Shown here: one piece after another, positions 55,071-61,291 of the stretch | Layout of the letters: the number at the start of each line of letters is the position of its first letter | How positions within the stretch are numbered: position 1 is the stretch's first letter | Source of the DNA: an uncultured Alphaproteobacteria bacterium | GTDB lineage: Bacteria > Pseudomonadota > Alphaproteobacteria > Rickettsiales > JALZUV01 | NCBI GenBank assembly: GCA_963837025.1 | Contig: CAWILT010000002.1 | Span: forward strand, 422,554-486,553 | DNA length: 64,000 nucleotides | Direction: 5' to 3' | Position numbers and translations under genes: made by a program | The notes under the pieces: generated by a model | The model's database searches: none | Seen by the model: the letters and a program-made list of their open reading frames with translations, nothing else | Told to the model about the DNA's origin: nothing

Positions 55071-55841
55071 TTAAAAGGCACTGTAAAAATCAATAGAACA
55101 TAGTACGGTGGAATCGCTCAACTTATAAGCGGCACTTGCGCCACTTCCCGTGTAACAAGCTGTCACTTGTGTGTTAACTGCGCCTGTATAGGGCAAGCCA
55201 TCATCCATTTTAACATCAATGTTATATAATTCTTCAGGCGTAATAATGCCGCTCGGACTCGGATAGAAGTTTGCGCCACTGGCAGAACCATAAATGAGCA
55301 TATTGCCATACTTTCTTCCTGAACTATCACCCCCAGTCGCAGGCCCGCCTGAACTACGCCCTTCAACCGCCCAATAAGATCCAGAAAGTGATCCGTTGGG
55401 CACATTACTAGAGGGTATTGGAACAAAATTTCTTCCTCCCGTATAATTACCCTGAATAATGTCTGAATTTGCGAGATGCTTCCAAAAATTTAAATTTTCC
55501 ATCTGCTCGAAGTCATTCATATTTAAATCTTCTAATTTAAAATTCCCATTTCCATTGCAGGTTACTTGTGTAGTCGAGTCAATCGCCGCACAATCTGAAC
55601 CCTTGCCATCGCCACCATCGGCTGTTCCCCAATATGCGGTAGCATTTGGCATGTCACCCGGAAGGGCGTTATATTTGAGTTTAAATGTGTTGACCGCAAC
55701 TTGGTATTTAGTAAATTCTTTTGGAATAGATTGTAGTCCAGAGCTGCGAATTAACGCTGAACCTGCTGTCACGCCGCCAATAATCAACCCAATGATAACC
55801 AATACAATCGATAGCTCTAAAAGTGTAAAACCGTGTTTCAT
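55071..55841 (-). CDS. prepilin-type N-terminal cleavage/methylation domain protein (pilin/pseudopilin-like)
   Basis: MKHGFTLLELSIVLVIIGLIIGG is a class III signal (G/FTLLE) plus hydrophobic helix. The C-terminal domain of about 220 aa is Gly/Ser/Asn-rich with four Cys. Confidence 0.75.
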   Translation of the reverse strand: MKHGFTLLELSIVLVIIGLIIGGVTAGSALIRSSGLQSIPKEFTKYQVAVNTFKLKYNALPGDMPNATAYWGTADGGDGKGSDCAAIDSTTQVTCNGNGNFKLEDLNMNDFEQMENLNFWKHLANSDIIQGNYTGGRNFVPIPSSNVPNGSLSGSYWAVEGRSSGGPATGGDSSGRKYGNMLIYGSASGANFYPSPSGIITPEELYNIDVKMDDGLPYTGAVNTQVTACYTGSGASAAYKLSDSTVLCSIDFYSAF

Positions 55842-55883
55842 GATACAATAATAAGTGTTATTTATTAATAATAAATGAATTTT

Positions 55884-57059
55884 CTAATAACGCGGCAATT
55901 CGCCACCTGCGAGGGGTTTGTCGGTGGCAAAATGGGCTTCGGCTTCTTCTAAATCTTGTGTGGCGCGGGTGATGATGGCGCTTACAAATTCAACCACTTC
56001 TTTACTTTCATCATCGGCAACAACGATTAACAAATGGCGTTGTAATAAGCGCGGGTGCAAAGTTTTTAATGTCGCATCATTGAGCAACAAGCGAATTAAT
56101 GCACTGAATACACGATTATATATTTCGGGCAATTTGCTGACTTTATACAAGGCTTCAATTCCGCGCCCGCCCTTATCGCGCAGCAAAATACGTGCATTGC
56201 TTACCGGAATGCCCGCGAGCTGCGATAACGCATGTTCAACCAACGATAATTCGCCAATACATAACGAGCGTAATAAAAGCGAAATGCTCAAACGGCCTTG
56301 GCTGGCTAGTTGATGCACCAAATGGGGCATGCCTTCGCCTTTTACCTGCTCCAGCGTCATGCCTAAGAGCGAATATAACTGCGCCGCTTCAACTAATTCA
56401 TCGGGTTTTAATTCTTCTTCAAGCGAATGCGAAAACTGATTAAATCCAGATTTTACCGCCATTACTTTTAGTTTTTGTTGGCTTATCGTGCTCAATTCTA
56501 TGCGCTGTGCAGCGAGCTTTAACAATTCTTCGCTTGGCTGAGTATTCTCTAAATTTGCAATCAATTCTTCTTCATCAATTTGCGCATTGTTATTGCGTAA
56601 TATGAGCGACAAAATATGAGGTAAACGTTTGCTCATCAACGCGCTTGATACGTTTGAAGAGAGTGCTTCGCGCCGCGCAATCGCCTCTAATCGCGGTGAA
56701 TGCACCGTGTCGGTTATAAGCTCGGCCAAATCCTCTTCCGATAGTAAATAGCTATGCTGCAAAATGGGGCAGGCCACCGCGTCGGACAAATCACTCGCCA
56801 GCGCCATCACAATATCATGCGGCAATAATAAATTATCTTTTAAAATCTGTGATAATTTTTGGCGTAAATTTTCATCTTTATCTTTGACTAATGCGCGAAA
56901 AATATCATCGGCTAATTGCTGTTCTTGTCGATTAAAAAAGTTGTTATGATAAGCTTCAGCCAGCCGCTCCACCATGTGATGCTTCGCATCATTATCTTTG
57001 CCGCGCAGCTTTTGCAGGGTCTCTTTCCCAAAAAAGGGGCTATAGCCTTCGTTACTCAT
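55884..57059 (-). CDS. DUF2336-like helical-repeat protein
   Basis: Helical-repeat protein with the segment LASDLSDAVACPILQHSYLLSEEDLAELI, resembling the conserved DUF2336 core as I remember it from Alphaproteobacteria. Confidence 0.55.
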   Translation of the reverse strand: MSNEGYSPFFGKETLQKLRGKDNDAKHHMVERLAEAYHNNFFNRQEQQLADDIFRALVKDKDENLRQKLSQILKDNLLLPHDIVMALASDLSDAVACPILQHSYLLSEEDLAELITDTVHSPRLEAIARREALSSNVSSALMSKRLPHILSLILRNNNAQIDEEELIANLENTQPSEELLKLAAQRIELSTISQQKLKVMAVKSGFNQFSHSLEEELKPDELVEAAQLYSLLGMTLEQVKGEGMPHLVHQLASQGRLSISLLLRSLCIGELSLVEHALSQLAGIPVSNARILLRDKGGRGIEALYKVSKLPEIYNRVFSALIRLLLNDATLKTLHPRLLQRHLLIVVADDESKEVVEFVSAIITRATQDLEEAEAHFATDKPLAGGELPRY

Positions 57060-57120
57060 TTGAGTATTTTATCGTGTTGAAGCACATTTAACCATTTATT
57101 TTTGCGCATAAAGAGTAATA

Positions 57121-57828
57121 ATGCACATTATGGCTCAGCACTATACCCATGCACGCGATGCATTTAACGGATTACTCCATGATAATATTACCCTTATGTC
57201 GGGCGGCTTTGGCCTATGCGGCATCGCCGAAAATGCCATTGAGCAAATACGCGATTCGGGTATCAAAAACCTCACCGTAATCAGCAATAATTGCGGCGTG
57301 GACGATTTTGGACTTGGCCTTTTACTGCGAAATAAGCAAATTAAAAAGATGATTTCATCCTATGTGGGCGAGAATAAAGAGTTTGAACGTCAATATCTTA
57401 GCGGCGAATTAGAATTGGAATTTAACCCGCAAGGCACATTAGCCGAACGTATCCGCGCGGGCGGCGCAGGCATTCCCGCTTTTTATACGAAAACGGGCGT
57501 AGGCACTATCGTTGCCGAAGGCAAAGAAACCCGCGAATTTGACGGCGAAACCTATGTGATGGAACGCGCCCTAACGGCCGATATCGCCATTGTCAAAGCA
57601 TGGAAAGCTGATAGTGCCGGCAATGTAATTTTTCGCAAAACGGCACGCAATTTTAACCCCCTTATGGCTAAAGCCGCTAAAGTGAGTGTGGTGGAAGTAG
57701 AAGAGATTGTGCCCGCTGGCCAGCTTGATGCCGATGCTATTCATTTGCCCAGCATCTATGTGCAGCGTTTTTTCCAAGGTGAAAATTACGAAAAACGCAT
57801 CGAATTTCGCACCGTTACCGCTGCCTAA
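57121..57828 (+). CDS. scoA: 3-oxoacid CoA-transferase subunit A
   Basis: Typical subunit A sequence ([16 protein letters not shown]....GLG.LL...[46 protein letters not shown]). Confidence 0.9.
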   Translation: MHIMAQHYTHARDAFNGLLHDNITLMSGGFGLCGIAENAIEQIRDSGIKNLTVISNNCGVDDFGLGLLLRNKQIKKMISSYVGENKEFERQYLSGELELEFNPQGTLAERIRAGGAGIPAFYTKTGVGTIVAEGKETREFDGETYVMERALTADIAIVKAWKADSAGNVIFRKTARNFNPLMAKAAKVSVVEVEEIVPAGQLDADAIHLPSIYVQRFFQGENYEKRIEFRTVTAA

Positions 57829-57831
57829 ATA

Positions 57832-57872
57832 AACACAAAAACAAAGGCCGCCTCCCAACGGGAGACGACCTT
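57832..57872 (-). terminator. cassette 1 terminator (rho-independent, minus-strand orientation)
   Basis: Minus-strand RNA AAGGUCGUCUCCC-GUU-GGGAGGCGGCCUU forms a 13-bp stem including 2 G-U pairs, followed by UGUUUUUGUG. On the plus strand the same positions would be C-A mismatches. Confidence 0.8.
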
Positions 57873-57897
57873 GCTATAAACACCCTACACTAAATTT

Positions 57898-58296
57898 TTA
57901 CGAGTTTGTCAGACTCGTAAACTCTTCTTCAAGCTGCTTAAGCACCTCAAAGTCGCTTTCTTCGCGACTTTGATTGATGAGTGCCAAGGCATCAAGTAGT
58001 GCCACAAAAACTTCAGCCTCCTCAAGAGAAAAAAGTTTTTCGGTGGTTTTATTTTTAGCAACAGATTTTTCAATCTTAATTACTAAAATTTGCCCACCGA
58101 TGTTACGCGCATTGATGACAATTTCGCTGTTAGAAGTTTTGACATGCACCCAAGCGCTTGCCAAAATCGCTTCAAACGCAATGATTTCACCAGTAATGGC
58201 AGTGCTTGCGTTCGTTTTGCTGCGAATAAAAAGCGTATTATCGTTACGCGATACGGAAAGGCGCTGGATGGCCTCTCGAATGGATTTGCTCAACAT
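57898..58296 (-). CDS. cassette 1 ORF, hypothetical protein (132 aa)
   Basis: The ORF is bracketed by a conserved promoter/leader and a terminator. It has no Shine-Dalgarno sequence and I recognise no family. Confidence 0.7.
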   Translation of the reverse strand: MLSKSIREAIQRLSVSRNDNTLFIRSKTNASTAITGEIIAFEAILASAWVHVKTSNSEIVINARNIGGQILVIKIEKSVAKNKTTEKLFSLEEAEVFVALLDALALINQSREESDFEVLKQLEEEFTSLTNS

Positions 58297-58453
58297 TTTT
58301 TATGTTTTAGCGGTGAAAGAATGCACCAGAATGGTGCGAGAAAATTTCTATCCTTATCAAAGATTACAGAGTCAAAATTAGCCCGCGCTAATGTGAATGT
58401 GTGACGGCAAAATTGCTGTGTAACCTAAAAAAAGAGGTAAGAAATATTCGCTC

Positions 58454-58487
58454 ACTATACCCCCAAATCATGACAGTTTGATGACAT
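58454..58487 (-). promoter_or_regulatory. Pho-box-type promoter of cassette 1
   Basis: Minus strand reads ATGTCAT-CAAA-CTGTCAT-gatttggggg-TATAGT: two direct TGTCAT repeats 11 bp apart, 10 nt upstream of a -10 hexamer. Confidence 0.65.
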
Positions 58488-58502
58488 AGGCGCTGAAAAT
58501 TG

Positions 58503-58540
58503 AATAAAAATAAAGGCCGCCTCCCAACGGGAGACGACCT
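58503..58540 (-). terminator. cassette 2 terminator
   Basis: Same hairpin as cassette 1 (aggccgcctccc-aac-gggagacgacct on plus), followed on the minus strand by UUAUUUUUAUU. Confidence 0.8.
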
Positions 58541-58565
58541 AAATTTAATGCAGCAAAGCTTGCTG

Positions 58566-59102
58566 TTACCAAGCGTTTCCTTTGATTCGCTTTATCACAA
58601 ACTTTGAGGAGCGTGCTCCACAAAATTCGTTGATGTGGCTGTCATCGGCCTCGGGTGTCAACAGAGACATCTGCTGCAGCAATTGTCGTAGCCAAGTGGT
58701 CTTGGCGGCGGCCTGCTGCGTCAGCTTGGTGGAATATTCCACGCGCGGATCTTTTCGCTCTTTGGAGGCGTTACACTCTTTGAGCGCGCGAAACAACACC
58801 CAAACGAAGTCATCGTAATGCTTCGGGGTAATGTTGCGCACAAAGTGAGTGCCCTCGCCTTCTAAGCAAAAGCATATGTGCTCATCTTTAGGACAAAAGG
58901 TGATTTTCATCACCTTATCCCAATTGCTTCGAATGGTGAGGAAGCCATGCGCTGGCTTGTAATCCTCATCATGCGAAATAACACCGTATAGGCGCCAGTT
59001 GGCAAGCTTTGAGTCTACCTTAATCCCGTCCCCATTATCGGTTACGGTTGCGCTTACTTGGGCATACTTTGCCAAGTCGCGCAGTAATTGGAAATCGATC
59101 AT
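58566..59102 (-). CDS. cassette 2 ORF, hypothetical protein (178 aa from the ATG at 59102; the ORF track extends to a GTG at 59156)
   Basis: The ATG at 59102 gives an N-terminus (MIDFQLLRDLAKYAQ) that aligns with the cassette 5 N-terminus (MVDEAQLRELFKNAW). It also gives a leader of about 150 nt, like the other cassettes. Confidence 0.7.
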   Translation of the reverse strand: MIDFQLLRDLAKYAQVSATVTDNGDGIKVDSKLANWRLYGVISHDEDYKPAHGFLTIRSNWDKVMKITFCPKDEHICFCLEGEGTHFVRNITPKHYDDFVWVLFRALKECNASKERKDPRVEYSTKLTQQAAAKTTWLRQLLQQMSLLTPEADDSHINEFCGARSSKFVIKRIKGNAW

Positions 59103-59259
59103 GTGATTCGATTTAAAAAGTGACAATCTCCAAAACGGAAAATTGTAATTTCTCACCTCCCATTCTACATCACCTTAATAAAAAGATGAGCGTCAAGCGT
59201 GTGAATTTAAATGACGGCAAAATGCTGTAAAACCAAAATTGAGGTAAGAAATATGCAAT

Positions 59260-59293
59260 CACTATAATGCGCGTTGATGACAGTTTCATGACA
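59260..59293 (-). promoter_or_regulatory. Pho-box-type promoter of cassette 2
   Basis: Minus strand reads CTGTCAT-GAAA-CTGTCAT-caacgcgcat-TATAGT. Confidence 0.65.
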
Positions 59294-59300
59294 GCACCAC

Positions 59301-59337
59301 ATAAAAGCAAAGGCCGCCCCCCAACGGGAGACGGCCT
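59301..59337 (-). terminator. cassette 3 terminator
   Basis: Hairpin aaggccgcccccc-aac-gggagacggcctt on the plus strand, which forms G-U pairs only in the minus-strand RNA. The U-tract is weaker (CUUUUAU). Confidence 0.65.
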
Positions 59338-59345
59338 TGCAAAAT

Positions 59346-59768
59346 TTACCGAAAGAGCAGATGTAGCCCGTTTCGCTGTAACGCATTGGCGAGCAGAAGC
59401 CCCTCCAACACCACCTCACGATCATATGATCCGAGATGATTTTGGTTGAATTCCACTTCCGCAATCCAGCGACCAAGTCGGTGGCAGAAGTTGGCTGTTG
59501 GTGCGGTCACCTTGAGCTTAGCTTTAGCATCCGCCGCAAGTAATGCGGGGTTTTCGGATACCTGTAGCTCAGCCACAAGGGTTGTCTCGTCCTTCTCACG
59601 CACCTGAAACCAAACGCCTTGCAGCGTATTGTCAGGTGCGTAAGTGGCGCGTCCGTGAACTTGCGACTTTCTGCCACCAACCACTTTAAAAGTGATAGTG
59701 GATTGTGTCGCTTCATCTAGCCTTTCGGCGATGATCCCATTAAGGAGCATCTTTACCTTATCTTCCAT
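59346..59768 (-). CDS. cassette 3 ORF, hypothetical protein (140 aa)
   Basis: The ORF is bracketed by a conserved promoter/leader and a terminator. It has no Shine-Dalgarno sequence and I recognise no family. Confidence 0.7.
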   Translation of the reverse strand: MEDKVKMLLNGIIAERLDEATQSTITFKVVGGRKSQVHGRATYAPDNTLQGVWFQVREKDETTLVAELQVSENPALLAADAKAKLKVTAPTANFCHRLGRWIAEVEFNQNHLGSYDREVVLEGLLLANALQRNGLHLLFR

Positions 59769-59911
59769 GCTGGAGATTTTTTAGGTGATTTAAAAAAAAG
59801 GGTGAATTTTTCTACCAGTACAGTTTCGCGACCGTTAAGGAGCGTCTTTGAAATGAGGGACGTCGCATCCAAAAAGCGGCGTAAAACTATAAAAGTAAGA
59901 AATATGCCATC

Positions 59912-59945
59912 ACTATAACCACACATGATGACAGTTTAATGACAA
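59912..59945 (-). promoter_or_regulatory. Pho-box-type promoter of cassette 3
   Basis: Minus strand reads TTGTCAT-TAAA-CTGTCAT-catgtgtggt-TATAGT. Confidence 0.65.
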
Positions 59946-59979
59946 AAAAAGCCGCTCTCCCCAAAAGGAAGAACGGCTT
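59945..59979 (-). terminator. cassette 4 terminator
   Basis: Hairpin aagccgctctccc...ggaagaacggctt. On the minus strand it is followed by a U7 run that continues directly into the next Pho box. Confidence 0.75.
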
Positions 59980-60000
59980 AATGTTTGGCACTGCTAGGCG

Positions 60001-60411
60001 CTACGGCAGCGACAGAATATAAAGCGTGCCAACAGGAATTTCTTCCTTTAACACCGCTTTAATTTCCCGCTCGCATGCCCGCAAAATGCTAGCAAAATTA
60101 TTTCGGCTGAGCATCTGCTCATCAACCGGAAGGCTAACGATGCGGTTGGCACTTCGCGCCTTCGCGGTGATGATCAACCCAGCCGTCGTTTCGGTGGCAT
60201 CAACGGTCACCGTCAAATGCGTGTAACCCGGCTGCTCAATCACCAAACGAATTTTGTTCGTTTGGTTTTCGCAAAAGTCAGCTGTTCCCGTCATCGTGTA
60301 GTCACGGTGCTTGCTAATGCATTGCATTAGGTTAGGCATCGTTTTGCGATACGTGCCCTTATTCTTATAGGTCGCTTGCAACAGCAGCTCCCTAATTACT
60401 GAAAAAGTCAT
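60001..60411 (-). CDS. cassette 4 ORF, hypothetical protein (136 aa)
   Basis: The ORF is bracketed by a conserved promoter/leader and a terminator. It has no Shine-Dalgarno sequence and I recognise no family. Confidence 0.7.
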   Translation of the reverse strand: MTFSVIRELLLQATYKNKGTYRKTMPNLMQCISKHRDYTMTGTADFCENQTNKIRLVIEQPGYTHLTVTVDATETTAGLIITAKARSANRIVSLPVDEQMLSRNNFASILRACEREIKAVLKEEIPVGTLYILSLP

Positions 60412-60564
60412 GCTTATATATTTTAAGCATTAAAGAAATCAACATACCAAGCGCGGCATGAGGGTAGCAGTTACCACAAATCAACCCATTTGCATGAGGT
60501 GAATAAATAGAGGTGACAGCGAAAAAAGCTGTAAAACCAAAAGAAAGGTAAAAGATACCCGCAG

Positions 60565-60598
60565 ACTATAGCGCCCAATCATGACAGTTTGATGACAA
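60565..60598 (-). promoter_or_regulatory. Pho-box-type promoter of cassette 4
   Basis: Minus strand reads TTGTCAT-CAAA-CTGTCAT-gattgggcgc-TATAGT. Confidence 0.65.
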
Positions 60599-60631
60599 AA
60601 AAAGTCGCCCTCCCCGCAAGGGAAGGACGAC
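60598..60631 (-). terminator. cassette 5 terminator
   Basis: Hairpin agtcgccctcccc-gcaa-ggggaaggacgact-like, a 13-bp stem with 2 G-U pairs in the minus-strand RNA, followed by a U7 run that continues into the next Pho box. Confidence 0.75.
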
Positions 60632-60646
60632 TGAGTTAAAACCTAT

Positions 60647-61099
60647 TCACCAAGGTCCAAGCGCATAGATGCTTGGGGCATCCAGCACGTTTACATGCGC
60701 ATAGTGATGCTGCATTAAACGTGATAGCTTCGCGCCTTGCTCTAGTAGCTCTGGCGAGAAACTTCCTAAGCAATCAGCTTCCAAAATCGCCTTGCGGATT
60801 AGGCTTGAAAGCTGGCTAACCTCACTTTTATATAAGTAAAGTTCGCACTTCGCAAAGGCTCCCGTAAAGAAACATTTGTGAATTTCCTTGGTCGAAGGCA
60901 GCATCACGAAACGTAACTCTCGTTGCTTTCCTTCGAAAATGGAAATGTCGAAAAAGGAGACTAGCTCATTTTCGAACACAGCCAGTACTTCCAGTCTCCA
61001 TGAGAGGTAGCTGGACTTGAAGATGACAAGATTGCCACCTTCAACCGGTGAATGCCACGCGTTTTTGAACAGTTCGCGCAACTGAGCTTCATCAACCAT
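60647..61099 (-). CDS. cassette 5 ORF, hypothetical protein (150 aa)
   Basis: The ORF lies between a conserved promoter/leader and a terminator. It shows weak N-terminal and central similarity to the cassette 2 protein. Confidence 0.7.
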   Translation of the reverse strand: MVDEAQLRELFKNAWHSPVEGGNLVIFKSSYLSWRLEVLAVFENELVSFFDISIFEGKQRELRFVMLPSTKEIHKCFFTGAFAKCELYLYKSEVSQLSSLIRKAILEADCLGSFSPELLEQGAKLSRLMQHHYAHVNVLDAPSIYALGPW

Positions 61100-61257
61100 T
61101 ATTTTTAGGTATAGAAGTGATACAACATACCAGAAATGGCATGAGGGCTATCTTAACTTATACAATCAAGCACACAAGCGAAGTTGGCGTTGAGTGAAAA
61201 TGTGACTGCGAAAAACGCGGTGAAACCTGAAAAAATAAAGGTAAGAAATACTCAAAC

Positions 61258-61291
61258 ACTATAACTGCATTTGATGACAGTTTTATGACAG
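61258..61291 (-). promoter_or_regulatory. Pho-box-type promoter of cassette 5 (overlaps the stop codon of the upstream methyltransferase gene)
   Basis: Minus strand reads CTGTCAT-AAAA-CTGTCAT-caaatgcagt-TATAGT. The TAA stop of the 686-aa ORF (61283-61285) lies inside the box. Confidence 0.65.

Noticed and set aside
57829-61291. Whether the cassette array is an integron gene-cassette array with attC sites.
   Set aside because: There is no intI integrase or attI in the window. The conserved hairpins are ordinary GC-rich terminators with U-tracts, with no GTTRRRY core sites or R/L box structure. Every cassette carries its own promoter, unlike promoterless integron cassettes.
57829-61291. Whether the regularly spaced conserved blocks form a CRISPR-like repeat array.
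   Set aside because: The repeat period is about 650-800 bp and each interval encodes an ORF. The repeats are about 85-140 nt composite promoter/leader/terminator modules, not 25-40 nt direct repeats. There are no cas genes.
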